A DNA stretch of 64,000 nucleotides from Bacilli bacterium (lineage in GTDB: Bacteria > Bacillota_I > Bacilli_A > RF39 > UBA660): assembly GCA_017511375.1 (NCBI GenBank), contig JAFWKJ010000018.1, forward strand, positions 75,115-139,114, read 5' to 3'. Positions 1 through 9,057 of this stretch are shown here, piece by piece; position 1 is the stretch's first letter, and every line of letters begins with the position of its first letter. The position numbers and the translations under genes are program-made. Below the pieces are notes generated by a model. The model ran no database searches, was not told the origin of the DNA, and saw nothing but the letters and a program-made list of their open reading frames with translations.

Positions 1-544
1 TTGGCATATAATTATCTTTTAATAAATATGCTTTTTCTCTAAAAAGATTGATGGGAATTGATTTCTTGCTAGATTCTTTTATGTAAGATAACAAATCTTT
101 TGCTGGAAGCAAATATGTTTCATTTAAACTTGTGAATCTTACAATTAAAAAAGCAATTCCTTTATGATTATCAATATTTTTTAAATGTTCTATTTGATGA
201 GGATGAATATTTGTTAGAGCAAAAGCTGTTTTACTTTTTGTTTCTTTTGCTTCAAAATCGATATATTTTCCTTTGTATAGACCATTGTAATCTGTTGTGG
301 AAGGAACTGTGAAGTACGCTTCTTTTATTTTGGCTTTATCTCTTGAAGGATAATCGACTTTAACAATTTTGATCGGAGTCGGTTTTTTATAAATATAGGC
401 CTTATCTATTTCTCTATAGTATTCATTGGTAATATTTATTTCCGATTCCAATGTCATTCCTCTATTTTTATGACTTAAATTACTATCGTATGTTGTATTT
501 GCTTTTGTTGCTTTTTCTTTTTTTATACCACCAGGATAGTTCAT
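1..544 (-). CDS. recU: Holliday junction resolvase RecU (5' part; the C-terminus runs off the window start)
   Basis: The reverse-strand translation starts MNYPGGIKKEKATKANTTYDSNLSHKNRGMTLESEINITNEYY, which is typical of RecU. The RBS is AGGTGA. This gene is not in the ORF track because it is truncated by the window edge. Confidence 0.8.
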   Translation of the reverse strand, partial: MNYPGGIKKEKATKANTTYDSNLSHKNRGMTLESEINITNEYYREIDKAYIYKKPTPIKIVKVDYPSRDKAKIKEAYFTVPSTTDYNGLYKGKYIDFEAKETKSKTAFALTNIHPHQIEHLKNIDNHKGIAFLIVRFTSLNETYLLPAKDLLSYIKESSKKSIPINLFREKAYLLKDNYMP

Positions 545-780
545 TTCATCACCTACCTTTTATTATACTATAGAAATAGTATTTTTGCACTATCTTTTTC
601 TATGTATTTTCTTATCTTCTTTTGTCGTATTTGTGATTTTTATTTTCTAATCGTTTATGATATTATTTGGTGATTAGATGAATGCTTTCGAAATAGAATT
701 GATTCTTTCAAAAATGATTGAAAAGACCCATACGATTATGATAGACTTAGAGGTATCCCGCGTAAAGAGTAGGTTATCAA

Positions 781-809
781 TTGACAAAAATATTCAATGA
801 TGACATAAT
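781..809 (+). promoter_or_regulatory. Putative sigma-A promoter: TTGACA, 17-nt spacer, CATAAT
   Basis: The -35 TTGACA lies at 781-786 and the -10 CATAAT at 804-809, upstream of gpsB. Confidence 0.35.
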
Positions 810-835
810 ATTATCGTAAGGGATTGGTGATTGAA

Positions 836-1201
836 ATGTATCAAAACAAAATAACTTTAACGCCTAGAGACATCCTTGAAAAAGAGTTCAAAATTGACAC
901 GAGAGGTTATCGTCTTAAGGAAGTAGATCAATTTTTGGATATTGTTATAAGTGATTATGAACAATTTTTTGAAATCATTAATGGTTTAGAAAAAGAAAAA
1001 GCTGATTTACTTGCTGAGATTATGAATTTAAAACAAGAATTACGTAATTCTAAACTTAGTGTTGAGGTTGCTTCTAATAGTGCTTCAGGAGAAGTTACTA
1101 ATGTGGATGTTATTCGTAGACTTTCTCAATTAGAGAAAATGGTCTATGGGGCTAAATCATCAAATGAAGTAGAAACTGAAGAGAATAAAGAAGACAATTA
1201 A
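836..1201 (+). CDS. gpsB: Cell cycle protein GpsB (DivIVA-domain protein)
   Basis: The N-terminus TLTPRDILEKEFKIDTRGYRLKEVDQFLDIVISDYE is a DivIVA/GpsB domain and is followed by a short coiled coil. The RBS GGTGA precedes the ATG at 836; the ORF track began at an upstream TTG. Its position next to rnpB and recU matches the B. subtilis ypsB-rnpB locus. Confidence 0.8.
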   Translation: MYQNKITLTPRDILEKEFKIDTRGYRLKEVDQFLDIVISDYEQFFEIINGLEKEKADLLAEIMNLKQELRNSKLSVEVASNSASGEVTNVDVIRRLSQLEKMVYGAKSSNEVETEENKEDN

Positions 1202-1555
1202 TATATAGACAAACGCTGGAGTTCTTGAGACTCTTGAGGAAAGTCCATGCTCGCACAGTCTGAGATGACTGTAGTGTTCGTGCCTAGCGAAAAAATAAGT
1301 TAGGGTAGTTTTTACTAACGGCGGATCCTATTTCTAAGTCCTTTGGATATGAAGTAGTCCATAAAGTGCCGCAGTGACGATTCTTTCTGAAAAGAAAGAG
1401 TGAAACGTGGTAAACCCCGCGAGCGAGAAACCCAAATTTGGTAGGGGAGTCCTAATGAAAGAATTGAATGGATTTAGGGACTACGTAAGTAGTAGATAAA
1501 TGTTTGTCGCCTAGCAATAGGAACAGAACATGGCTTATTTATATTTATTGTTGTT
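1195..1555 (+). ncRNA. rnpB: RNase P RNA, type B (Bacillus-type). Boundaries are approximate.
   Basis: The sequence contains GAGGAAAGTCCATGCTCGCACAG, GTGTTCGTGCCTAGCGAA, GGTAAACCCC, GAGCGAGAAACCCAAATTTGGTAGGGGA and ACAGAACATGGCTTA, each of which matches the conserved B. subtilis RNase P RNA blocks, including the P4 strands. No protein is encoded here. Confidence 0.85.
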
Positions 1556-1570
1556 ATGATGAGGTGCTGT

Positions 1571-2059
1571 ATGAAAGAATTAGGAGAGTACTTAAAACGA
1601 ACGAGAATCAGTAATGGTGTAAGTCTTACTGAAGCATGTGAAGATCTTGATTTTTCTACAACTCAACTAGAAAATATAGAGAGTGGAAATGTTAGAGCAT
1701 TTAAAGATGTTTATGAGTTAAGAGATTCTGTTAAAAGTTATGCAAAATACTTAGGATTAGATGCCGATAAAGTTGTGGATGAGTTTAATGGATTCTTATT
1801 TCAACATACATCTCGTATCTCATTAGAAGATATACGTGCTGCACAAAAGAAAAAAGAAGAGTTGTTAGAGGAAAAACGAGTAAAGTCTCCTTATACAATT
1901 GAATATAAAGAAAAGGTAAGTCTTATGCCTGTTATTTCTATTATTATTGCGATTGTTTGTATTACATTGATTGTTTTAATCATTGTAAGCAATGTGAATA
2001 GGCATAAAGATAGAACAGATGAATTAAAATATTGTATTAGATTGGAGAGATTAGTGTGA
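1571..2059 (+). CDS. rodZ: RodZ-like XRE-family HTH cytoskeleton protein with a C-terminal transmembrane segment
   Basis: The N-terminal HTH reads LKRTRISNGVSLTEACEDL. A transmembrane segment lies near the C-terminus. The RBS GAGGTG precedes the ATG at 1571. The gene sits immediately upstream of pgsA-recA, as ymfM does in B. subtilis. Confidence 0.6.
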   Translation: MKELGEYLKRTRISNGVSLTEACEDLDFSTTQLENIESGNVRAFKDVYELRDSVKSYAKYLGLDADKVVDEFNGFLFQHTSRISLEDIRAAQKKKEELLEEKRVKSPYTIEYKEKVSLMPVISIIIAIVCITLIVLIIVSNVNRHKDRTDELKYCIRLERLV

Positions 2060-2652
2060 ATTTACCAAATAAAATAACGGTTGCTAGATTATTTTTAACT
2101 GTTGTAATTGTAGCTTTGTTGTGTATTCCTTTTTCTTATTTTGGATTTAATTTTCCAAAATATGATGTGAATGGAGTAACGGTTCAATTAAACTATATTA
2201 TTGCAGGAGTTATTTTTATTGTTGCAAGCTTAACAGATTATGTAGATGGATATCTTGCTCGTAAGAACAATATGGTTACTAATCTTGGAAAGATGTTGGA
2301 TGCAATTGCCGATAAGGTTTTAGTGAACCCTGTCTTGATTATCTTAGCAGCCAACCAGTTTATTCCTGTTATTATTCCTGTTATTTATGTTACGAGAGAT
2401 ATTGTAGTAGATGCTATAAAGATGCAAGCAGCTACGAAAGGAAAGGTTCAAGCAGCTATCAAATCAGGAAAATATAAGACAGCTTGTATGATGTTTGGCA
2501 TTTGTTTGGTATTCTTTTATAATATTCCATTTGAATTTATCAATATTCGTGTTGATTTAGGACTTTTATATATTGCATGTATTTTATCTGTAGTAAGTGC
2601 TGTAGAGTATTATATGATCAATAAAGAATTGATTTTTGCAGATGAAAAATAA
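2056..2652 (+). CDS. pgsA: CDP-diacylglycerol--glycerol-3-phosphate 3-phosphatidyltransferase
   Basis: The CDP-alcohol phosphatidyltransferase motif DYVDGYLARKNNMVTNLGKMLDAIADKV is present, the protein is multi-pass membrane, and it lies directly upstream of recA. Confidence 0.85.
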   Translation: MNLPNKITVARLFLTVVIVALLCIPFSYFGFNFPKYDVNGVTVQLNYIIAGVIFIVASLTDYVDGYLARKNNMVTNLGKMLDAIADKVLVNPVLIILAANQFIPVIIPVIYVTRDIVVDAIKMQAATKGKVQAAIKSGKYKTACMMFGICLVFFYNIPFEFINIRVDLGLLYIACILSVVSAVEYYMINKELIFADEK

Positions 2653-2676
2653 TTTATTAGATAAAGTAAATCAATA

Positions 2677-2712
2677 AAAAATCTCTTTTCCCTAAGAGAT
2701 TTTTTTATTTTC
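2677..2712 (+). terminator. Rho-independent terminator after pgsA
   Basis: The hairpin AAATCTCTTTTCCCTAAGAGATTT is followed by a T-run. Confidence 0.5.
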
Positions 2713-2738
2713 CCTTGTTAACGATTGTGTAAAATTAT

Positions 2739-2752
2739 AAAACAATTGTTCG
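2739..2752 (+). promoter_or_regulatory. Candidate LexA (Cheo) box upstream of recA
   Basis: The sequence AAAACAATTGTTCG compares to the consensus CGAACnnnnGTTCG. The right half-site is perfect, the left is 3/5, and the core AACAATTGTT is a perfect palindrome. It lies just upstream of the recA -35. Confidence 0.3.
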
Positions 2753-2760
2753 AAAAAGTA

Positions 2761-2790
2761 TTGACTTTCTAAAACCGGATAGTATACAAT
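2761..2790 (+). promoter_or_regulatory. recA sigma-A promoter: TTGACT, 18-nt spacer, TACAAT
   Basis: TTGACT lies at 2761-2766 and TACAAT at 2785-2790. The RBS GAGGAGG lies upstream of the ATG at 2824. Confidence 0.45.
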
Positions 2791-2823
2791 GGTAGTGTAA
2801 GTTGTTTACGAGGAGGTAAATAA

Positions 2824-3849
2824 ATGGCTGCAACGAAAGATAGTTCTAAAGATAAAGCTTTAGAACAAGTATTAAATGATATTGAAAAACAATTTGGTAA
2901 AGGATCTATTATGAAACTAGGAGAGAATAAACATATGAAGGTAGATGTTGTTTCTAGTGGTATCCTTTCTCTAGATATTGCTTTAGGGGTTGGAGGTTAT
3001 CCAAAAGGTAGAATTATTGAAATTTATGGACCAGAGTCTAGTGGTAAAACTACTTTTGCGTTACAGGCAATTGCTGAACATCAAAAGCTAGGTGGAAGAG
3101 CTGCTTTTATTGATGCGGAGCATGCACTAGATCCTGTTTATGCAGAAAAGTTAGGTGTTGATATAGACAATTTGTTATTATCTCAACCTGATACAGGAGA
3201 ACAAGCTTTAGAAATATGTGATGCTTTAGTTCGTAGTGAAGCAATTAGTATTATTGTTATTGATTCTGTAGCTGCTCTTGTTCCCCAAGCAGAAATTGAT
3301 GGTGAAATGGGAGACTCTCATGTAGGATTACAGGCAAGGTTAATGTCTCAAGCACTTCGTAAGTTAAATGGAACTATTAGTAAAACAAATACAACGGTTA
3401 TCTTTATCAATCAATTAAGAGAAAAAGTAGGCGTTATGTTTGGAAATCCAGAAACGACTACTGGTGGACGTGCTTTAAAGTTTTATGCGACTGTTCGATT
3501 AGAGATTCGAAGAAGTGAACAACTAAAGATGGGTGAAGGGGTTGTTGGGAATAAAACAACGGTTAAGGTTGTTAAGAACAAAGTGGCTCCTCCATTCAAA
3601 TCCTGTGTTGTAGATATTATGTATGGTGAAGGTGTTTCTCGTGAGGGAGAAATCATTGACTTGGCCAGTGAAGCAGGTATAATGGAAAAAACAGGTGCTT
3701 GGTATTCTTACAAAGGAGAAAAGCTTGGACAAGGAAAAGAGAATGTTAAGCTAATGCTTAAAGAAAACACAGAATTAAAAGATGAAATAGAAGAACAAGT
3801 TCGTGATTATTACGATATTAATGTTACAGAAAAACCTGAGAAGAAATAA
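2824..3849 (+). CDS. recA: Recombinase RecA
   Basis: Walker [10 protein letters not shown] is present and the sequence is unambiguous RecA throughout, for example [14 protein letters not shown]. Confidence 0.97.
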   Translation: MAATKDSSKDKALEQVLNDIEKQFGKGSIMKLGENKHMKVDVVSSGILSLDIALGVGGYPKGRIIEIYGPESSGKTTFALQAIAEHQKLGGRAAFIDAEHALDPVYAEKLGVDIDNLLLSQPDTGEQALEICDALVRSEAISIIVIDSVAALVPQAEIDGEMGDSHVGLQARLMSQALRKLNGTISKTNTTVIFINQLREKVGVMFGNPETTTGGRALKFYATVRLEIRRSEQLKMGEGVVGNKTTVKVVKNKVAPPFKSCVVDIMYGEGVSREGEIIDLASEAGIMEKTGAWYSYKGEKLGQGKENVKLMLKENTELKDEIEEQVRDYYDINVTEKPEKK

Positions 3850-3852
3850 TAA

Positions 3853-3880
3853 GGAAGGGGACACCCTTCTTTTTTTATGC
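3853..3880 (+). terminator. Rho-independent terminator after recA
   Basis: The hairpin GGAAGGGGACACCCTTC is followed by TTTTTTT. Confidence 0.55.
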
Positions 3881-3902
3881 ATAAAATAAAAGGGAGGGTT
3901 TT

Positions 3903-5291
3903 ATGAAAAAACTGAGTGACTTAATTCCCATTGATTCCCATTTAGAGGTTGAAGGTATTACTGATGATTCAAGATTAGTTCAAAACAATTATTTGTTTGT
4001 TGCTACCAAAGGATTTCATGTCGATCATTTTGATTATGTAGAAGATGCGATTCATAAAGGGTGCTGCTTTGTGATATGTGATCGTGAATTACCATTTTCT
4101 TTTCCCCATCTTGTTGTGGAAAATATCCACGATGTTTATATAGAACTGTGCAAAAAATTTTATGATGTGGATATTGATTTCTTTTCTTTTGTGGGTATTA
4201 CGGGAACGGATGGTAAAACAACCACTACTTCGATTGTTAGTCATTTGCTAGACTCTTGCGCTTATATCGGTACGAATGGAGTTCAAATTTATGACAAAGA
4301 ATATGATACAAGTAATACTACTCCTTGTATTAGCGAACTCTATCATGATTTCCAAAGAATTCAAGAAAGCGATTGTAGAAAGATTGCGATGGAAGTCTCC
4401 AGTGAAGCTTTACTCCACCATCGTGTAGATGGAATTATGTATGATGTAGTAGGCTTTACCAATATTACAGGAGACCATTTAAATATTCATCCATCCTTTG
4501 ATAATTATGTATCTTCTAAAATGGAGTTATTAAATCATTTAAAACCTGATGGAATAGTTGTCTATAATGGAGATGATTCTATCCTTAAAAAATTAGATTA
4601 TCCAAATAAAATCTCTTTTGGTTTTTTGGAGGATCATGATTATGTGATTCGCGATGTGGAGTATTTAAGAAGGAAAACAATAATTCATCTTTCATACCGA
4701 GAGAATAATTGGGAAATTTGTACTCCTTTTGTGGGAAAATATAATGTTTATAATGTTGTTATGGCTTTTATTATTGGTCGCTTATTTCGAGTAGACGACT
4801 CATTGCTACTGGATAAGATTAAGAAACTGAGTCCCATAAAAGGTAGAGGAGAGTTTTTAGATTTTGGACAGGACTTTGATATTGTTTTAGATTATGCACA
4901 TACTGTGAATGGGATTCAATCTGTTTTAGATACTTTCTGGGATTATGATAGGATTATTACAGTTACAGGTAGTGCAGGAGGAAGAGAAAGCAAAAAGAGA
5001 AGTTTGATTGGAAAACTCGTGATGGAGAAAAGTGATATAGCTATCTTTACAATGGATGATCCAAGGTTTGAAGATGTTGATGATATTATTGATCAAATGG
5101 TAGGGGATGCGAAAGACTATTATCGAATTGTTGATCGGGAGGAAGCTATCTGTTTTGCTTTAACGATTGCTTCTCCCAAAAGTGTGGTTTTAATCCTTGG
5201 AAAAGGAAGAGATAATTATATGGCAATAGGGGATAAAAAGATTCATTATAATGATTATGATGTGATTTCTAATTATTTTAAAAGGGAGTGA
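3903..5291 (+). CDS. murE: Mur ligase family protein, MurE-like (UDP-MurNAc-tripeptide synthetase)
   Basis: The Mur ligase P-loop VGITGTDGKTTTT is present, and a DDPR motif lies where MurE carries DNPR. The C-terminal Mur ligase domain is present. Assignment as MurE rather than a paralog is uncertain. Confidence 0.65.
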   Translation: MKKLSDLIPIDSHLEVEGITDDSRLVQNNYLFVATKGFHVDHFDYVEDAIHKGCCFVICDRELPFSFPHLVVENIHDVYIELCKKFYDVDIDFFSFVGITGTDGKTTTTSIVSHLLDSCAYIGTNGVQIYDKEYDTSNTTPCISELYHDFQRIQESDCRKIAMEVSSEALLHHRVDGIMYDVVGFTNITGDHLNIHPSFDNYVSSKMELLNHLKPDGIVVYNGDDSILKKLDYPNKISFGFLEDHDYVIRDVEYLRRKTIIHLSYRENNWEICTPFVGKYNVYNVVMAFIIGRLFRVDDSLLLDKIKKLSPIKGRGEFLDFGQDFDIVLDYAHTVNGIQSVLDTFWDYDRIITVTGSAGGRESKKRSLIGKLVMEKSDIAIFTMDDPRFEDVDDIIDQMVGDAKDYYRIVDREEAICFALTIASPKSVVLILGKGRDNYMAIGDKKIHYNDYDVISNYFKRE

Positions 5292-5311
5292 TTTCTCCCT
5301 TTTTCTTTTCC

Positions 5312-5340
5312 TTGACATCGTTTTAAAATAAAATTACAAT
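5312..5340 (+). promoter_or_regulatory. Putative sigma-A promoter of rny: TTGACA, 17-nt spacer, TACAAT
   Basis: The sequence TTGACATCGTTTTAAAATAAAATTACAAT reads directly as a promoter. Confidence 0.4.
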
Positions 5341-5384
5341 AGAATTAGATTAGAGATTTATTCTGGTCTAGATGGAGGAATTAT

Positions 5385-6938
5385 ATGAATAACGTATCAT
5401 TCTCCATTTTACTTGTAGTTATTGGCCTAATTGTTGGCTGTGGTATATCTTTTTTAATTAATTTATTTAGTGGAAAAATGGCATCTAAAAAAGCCGATAA
5501 ATTAATTGAACAAGCTAAAAAAGATATTGAAAAAATAAAAAGAGATGCTGCTATTGAGCAAAAAGAAGAAGCTCATAAAGCAAAGATGGATTTAGATAAA
5601 GAGATTCGTGAAAAGAAGAATGAATTAAAAGAAACAGAAAATAGAATTATGCAACGTGAGTCTAGTATTGATAAAAGAGAAGAAATGTATCAAAAACGTG
5701 AACTTGCGTTGGATGAACGCGAGAGTAAATTGTCTGAAAGACAAGAAGAGATCCAAGTAGAAAAAAGTAAAGTGGAGGAAATCAAAAAAGAACAACTTGA
5801 TTTACTTGAAAAGATATCTGGGTTTAGTAAAGATAAGGCTCGTGAGTTAGTCATGAGTAAAGTCAAAGAAAATATGACGAAAGAGATATCTGAGTATATT
5901 CGTGAACGAGAGAATGAGGCAAAGCTTGAGGCCGATAAACATGCTCGTGAGATGCTAGTTACTTCTATGCAGAAATATGCTGCAGATATTGCGAATGATC
6001 AAACCGTTACGGTAGTAGATCTTCCTAATGATGAAATGAAAGGTAGAATCATTGGTCGTGAAGGAAGAAATATTCGTACGATTGAAGCCATTACAGGTGT
6101 TGATTTAATTATCGATGATACGCCTGAAGCAGTCGTATTATCTAGTTTTGATCCCTTACGTCGTGAGATTGCGAGAGTCACACTAGAGAGCTTAATTAAA
6201 GATGGAAGAATTCATCCTACTCGTATTGAAGAGTTATATGATAAAGTTTGTAAGGACATGAAACAAAAGATTATTCAATATGGGCAAGATGTTACTTTTG
6301 AATTAGGACTTACAAAGTTTGCTCCTGAGTTAATTGAAACAATTGGTAAATTACATTTTAGAACGAGCTATGGACAAAATGCTCTACAACATTCAAAAGA
6401 AGTGGCTGAGTTATCTGGAATTCTTGCAGGAGAAATGGGAGAAAATATTACACTTGCTAAAAGAGCAGGGTTATTACATGATATTGGAAAAGCTATTGAT
6501 CATGAGGTAGAAGGAAGTCATGTAGATATTGGTGTAGATATTGCAAAGAAATATCATGAACATGAAATTGTAGTAAATGCAATTGCCTCTCATCATGGGG
6601 ATACTCCTGCTACCAGTGTTATTTCCACAATTGTTGCGATAGCAGATGCTTTGTCTGCCAGCCGTCCAGGGGCAAGAAATGATTCATTGGAAAATTATAT
6701 TCAAAGACTCTCTCAACTTGAGGAAGTTGGTAATACGATTAAAGGTGTTGATAAAACATTTGCTGTACAAGCAGGACGTGAATTACGTGTTATTGTTAAA
6801 CCAGAAGAAGTGGATGATTTAGAAGCACATCGTATTGCACGTGAAGTAAAAGAAAAGATTGAATCTAATTTAAAATATCCAGGAACGATTAAAATTACTG
6901 TTATTCGTGAGACAAGAGCGCAAGAAGAAGCAAAATAG
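5385..6938 (+). CDS. rny: Ribonuclease Y
   Basis: An N-terminal transmembrane segment is followed by a coiled coil, a KH domain ([12 protein letters not shown]) and an HD domain (LHDIGKA, HH). It lies downstream of recA as B. subtilis ymdA does. Confidence 0.95.
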   Translation: MNNVSFSILLVVIGLIVGCGISFLINLFSGKMASKKADKLIEQAKKDIEKIKRDAAIEQKEEAHKAKMDLDKEIREKKNELKETENRIMQRESSIDKREEMYQKRELALDERESKLSERQEEIQVEKSKVEEIKKEQLDLLEKISGFSKDKARELVMSKVKENMTKEISEYIRERENEAKLEADKHAREMLVTSMQKYAADIANDQTVTVVDLPNDEMKGRIIGREGRNIRTIEAITGVDLIIDDTPEAVVLSSFDPLRREIARVTLESLIKDGRIHPTRIEELYDKVCKDMKQKIIQYGQDVTFELGLTKFAPELIETIGKLHFRTSYGQNALQHSKEVAELSGILAGEMGENITLAKRAGLLHDIGKAIDHEVEGSHVDIGVDIAKKYHEHEIVVNAIASHHGDTPATSVISTIVAIADALSASRPGARNDSLENYIQRLSQLEEVGNTIKGVDKTFAVQAGRELRVIVKPEEVDDLEAHRIAREVKEKIESNLKYPGTIKITVIRETRAQEEAK

Positions 6939-6942
6939 TTTA

Positions 6943-6975
6943 TAAAAAAGATATAGAAATATATCTTTTTTATAT
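6943..6975 (+). terminator. Rho-independent terminator after rny
   Basis: The hairpin AAAAAGATATAGAAATATATCTTTTTT is present. Confidence 0.55.
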
Positions 6976-7035
6976 TGCTTCTTTCGTTGAATAATCCCTT
7001 GCTTTTTGATACAATTTATTATAGTAGGTGAGAAT

Positions 7036-8988
7036 TTGAAGAAAATCAGAAGGAGAAAAGTTAGATTTGATCATGAGAAACGTAACTTGTTTATTTTTCT
7101 TCTTTTTGTGTTCTTTATGGGAATGGGATATTCAGTTCTAGGGACAAACCTAGGAATTGGCGGAAGTATTGTAGCGAAAAGGTATCAGGATCCTGTTATT
7201 AAGACAACGTCTAGTACTGATAAAACAGCTTTTAGAAGTGATACGTATCGAGAAAAAATAAAAGTTATTAATTTGGATGATGAAATTAATCCTCCGGCAA
7301 ACGTAGTAGTAAGCTGGGATATAGGAGTAGCCCAAAATGGAAATGTCATGGCTTATTTAACAACTAATCAAACAGATAATAATTATTATGATTTATATAT
7401 TCAGGGAAAAGGTCATTTGTATGCCCACTCTGATAGTAGTTATTTATTTTATAATCTAAGAGGAGTAGATGTCATCAATGGTATAGAAAAACTTGATACT
7501 TCTCGAGTAGAAAATATGTCTAACATGTTTTCTAGTACAGGTTATAATAGTACATCATTTACTTTGAATTTGGGAAACAATTTTGATACGAACCAAGTAA
7601 CGAATATGCAATATATGTTTAATGCTACAGGTTATAGCAGTACAGTTTTCACCTTAAATCTAGGAGGTTTATTTAATACAAGCAAAGTAACCAAAATGTT
7701 TGGTATGTTTAGTAATACAGGTTATAGCAGTACGGTCTTTACATTAAATTTAGAAGCAAAATTTGATACAAGCAAAGTAACTAATATGAAACAGATGTTT
7801 TATAGAACGGGCTATAGCAGTACGGTCTTTACATTAAATTTGGGCGAAAAATTTGATACAAGTCAAGTAACTAATATGCAATCTATGTTTTCTTATACAG
7901 GCTATAGTAGTACTATTTTCACATTAAATTTAGGAGAGAAATTTGATACAAGCAAAGTAACTAATATGTCTAATATGTTTCCTTTTGTAGGCTATAGTAG
8001 TATGATTTTCACTTTAAATTTAGGAGAGAAATTTGATACAAGTCAAGTAACTGATATGTCATATATGTTTTCTTATACAGACTATAGTAATACAATTTTT
8101 ACTTTAGATTTATCTCCATTAACATTTAATGCAACTTCTTATGATCAAATCTTTAATAGTTGGCGAACAACTCAAAAGATTTTTGTGAAAGATAGTACTG
8201 CTCGAAGTTGGATTGTTACAAATAGTGGGAATAGTAATCTAACTAATTCTAATGTATTTATAAAAACTGAATATTTTATGCTTGATGCAAGTTATGATGG
8301 TGATTATTCTTATTTTAGAGATAATTATCGATTAGAAATCAAAACGATTACTTTTAGTAATTCTATTAATCCGCCAAATGGATATGTCGATTCGTGGGAT
8401 ATTAGTGTTGGTCATTATGGTGGAGTAATGGCTTATGTTGTTCCAAATTCATCTACACCATCGATGTATGATTTGCATATTCAAGGAGATGGACATATCT
8501 ATGCGAATACGGATAGTAGTTATTGGTTTTCAAGACTTTATTATGTTGAGTCTATTAATAATATAAACGTGTTGGATACTTCCTTAACTGTAAACATGTC
8601 TTATATGTTTGATGGTATTGGTTCTGCAGGGGATGAGACCTCATTTTCTATGGATATTAACTTTGATACAAGTCATGTGACTGATATGTCCTATATGTTT
8701 CGAGATCTTGGAAGGGGAGCAATCAGTTTTACGTTTGGGGACAAGTTTGATACTAGTAATGTAACGGATATGGAAGGAATGTTCTGTTATTATGGATATA
8801 TTATAGGTATGCGAGTTGAGGCGGACATATCAGCCTTTACTTTTAACGCTTCGTCTTATTATAATATGTTTGGAGGTTGGCAATCAGATTATAAGATTTA
8901 TGTAAAAGATGCTACGGCGCAGAACTGGATTCTTACACATAGTGGTAATAGTAATTTGACGACTGCTAATGTGCTTATTAAGACTTAA
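7036..8988 (+). CDS. BspA-like / DUF285-type repeat surface protein (secreted, two duplicated modules)
   Basis: A signal peptide follows a TTG start at 7036, which has an AGGTGA RBS; the ORF track began at the ATG at 7006. Roughly seven 30-aa repeats read FTLNLGEKFDTSxVTNMxxMFxxTGYSSTxF, resembling DUF285 (Mycoplasma/BspA-type leucine-rich repeats). Both halves begin NPPxxxVxSWDI...YDLxIQGxGHxYA and end WIxTxSGNSNLTxxNVxIKT. Confidence 0.65.
   Translation: MKKIRRRKVRFDHEKRNLFIFLLFVFFMGMGYSVLGTNLGIGGSIVAKRYQDPVIKTTSSTDKTAFRSDTYREKIKVINLDDEINPPANVVVSWDIGVAQNGNVMAYLTTNQTDNNYYDLYIQGKGHLYAHSDSSYLFYNLRGVDVINGIEKLDTSRVENMSNMFSSTGYNSTSFTLNLGNNFDTNQVTNMQYMFNATGYSSTVFTLNLGGLFNTSKVTKMFGMFSNTGYSSTVFTLNLEAKFDTSKVTNMKQMFYRTGYSSTVFTLNLGEKFDTSQVTNMQSMFSYTGYSSTIFTLNLGEKFDTSKVTNMSNMFPFVGYSSMIFTLNLGEKFDTSQVTDMSYMFSYTDYSNTIFTLDLSPLTFNATSYDQIFNSWRTTQKIFVKDSTARSWIVTNSGNSNLTNSNVFIKTEYFMLDASYDGDYSYFRDNYRLEIKTITFSNSINPPNGYVDSWDISVGHYGGVMAYVVPNSSTPSMYDLHIQGDGHIYANTDSSYWFSRLYYVESINNINVLDTSLTVNMSYMFDGIGSAGDETSFSMDINFDTSHVTDMSYMFRDLGRGAISFTFGDKFDTSNVTDMEGMFCYYGYIIGMRVEADISAFTFNASSYYNMFGGWQSDYKIYVKDATAQNWILTHSGNSNLTTANVLIKT
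7471..8100 (+). repeat. Coding 90-bp tandem repeat array, about 6.5 copies
   Basis: Units such as ACATTAAATTTAGGAGAGAAATTTGATACAAG[C/T]CAAGTAACT[A/G]ATATG...GGCTATAGTAGTAC recur every 90 nt at 7561, 7651, 7741, 7831, 7921 and 8011. The central units are nearly identical at the nucleotide level. Confidence 0.8.
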
Positions 8989-9012
8989 AGGAACTTTTAG
9001 TTCCTTTTATTT
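8988..9012 (+). terminator. Rho-independent terminator
   Basis: The hairpin AAAGGAACTTTTAGTTCCTTTTATTTT is present. Confidence 0.5.
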
Positions 9013-9057
9013 TGTGAATTGTTGTGTTATATGGTATGATTATTTTGAGGAGAGTAG

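Noticed and set aside
3523-3732. 69-aa minus-strand ORF inside recA
   Set aside because: It is antisense to a highly conserved gene, with no RBS and biased composition. It is a chance ORF.
5999-6181. 60-aa minus-strand ORF inside rny, and similar ones inside other genes (7150-7335, 12617-12832, 14736-14951, 16419-16646, 17700-17918, 24861-25103, 26288-26560, 36098-36283, 42245-42505, 43731-44093, 47570-47782, 48709-48939, 49258-49458, 55900-56136, 60175-60469)
   Set aside because: All lie antisense or out-of-frame within confidently identified CDSs and lack translation signals. They are spurious six-frame ORFs, as expected in AT-rich DNA.
7471-8100. Possible CRISPR array because of regular direct repeats
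   Set aside because: The repeats are 90 bp with no unique spacers. They are in-frame and encode 30-aa protein repeats, which makes this a coding tandem repeat and not CRISPR. No cas genes are present.
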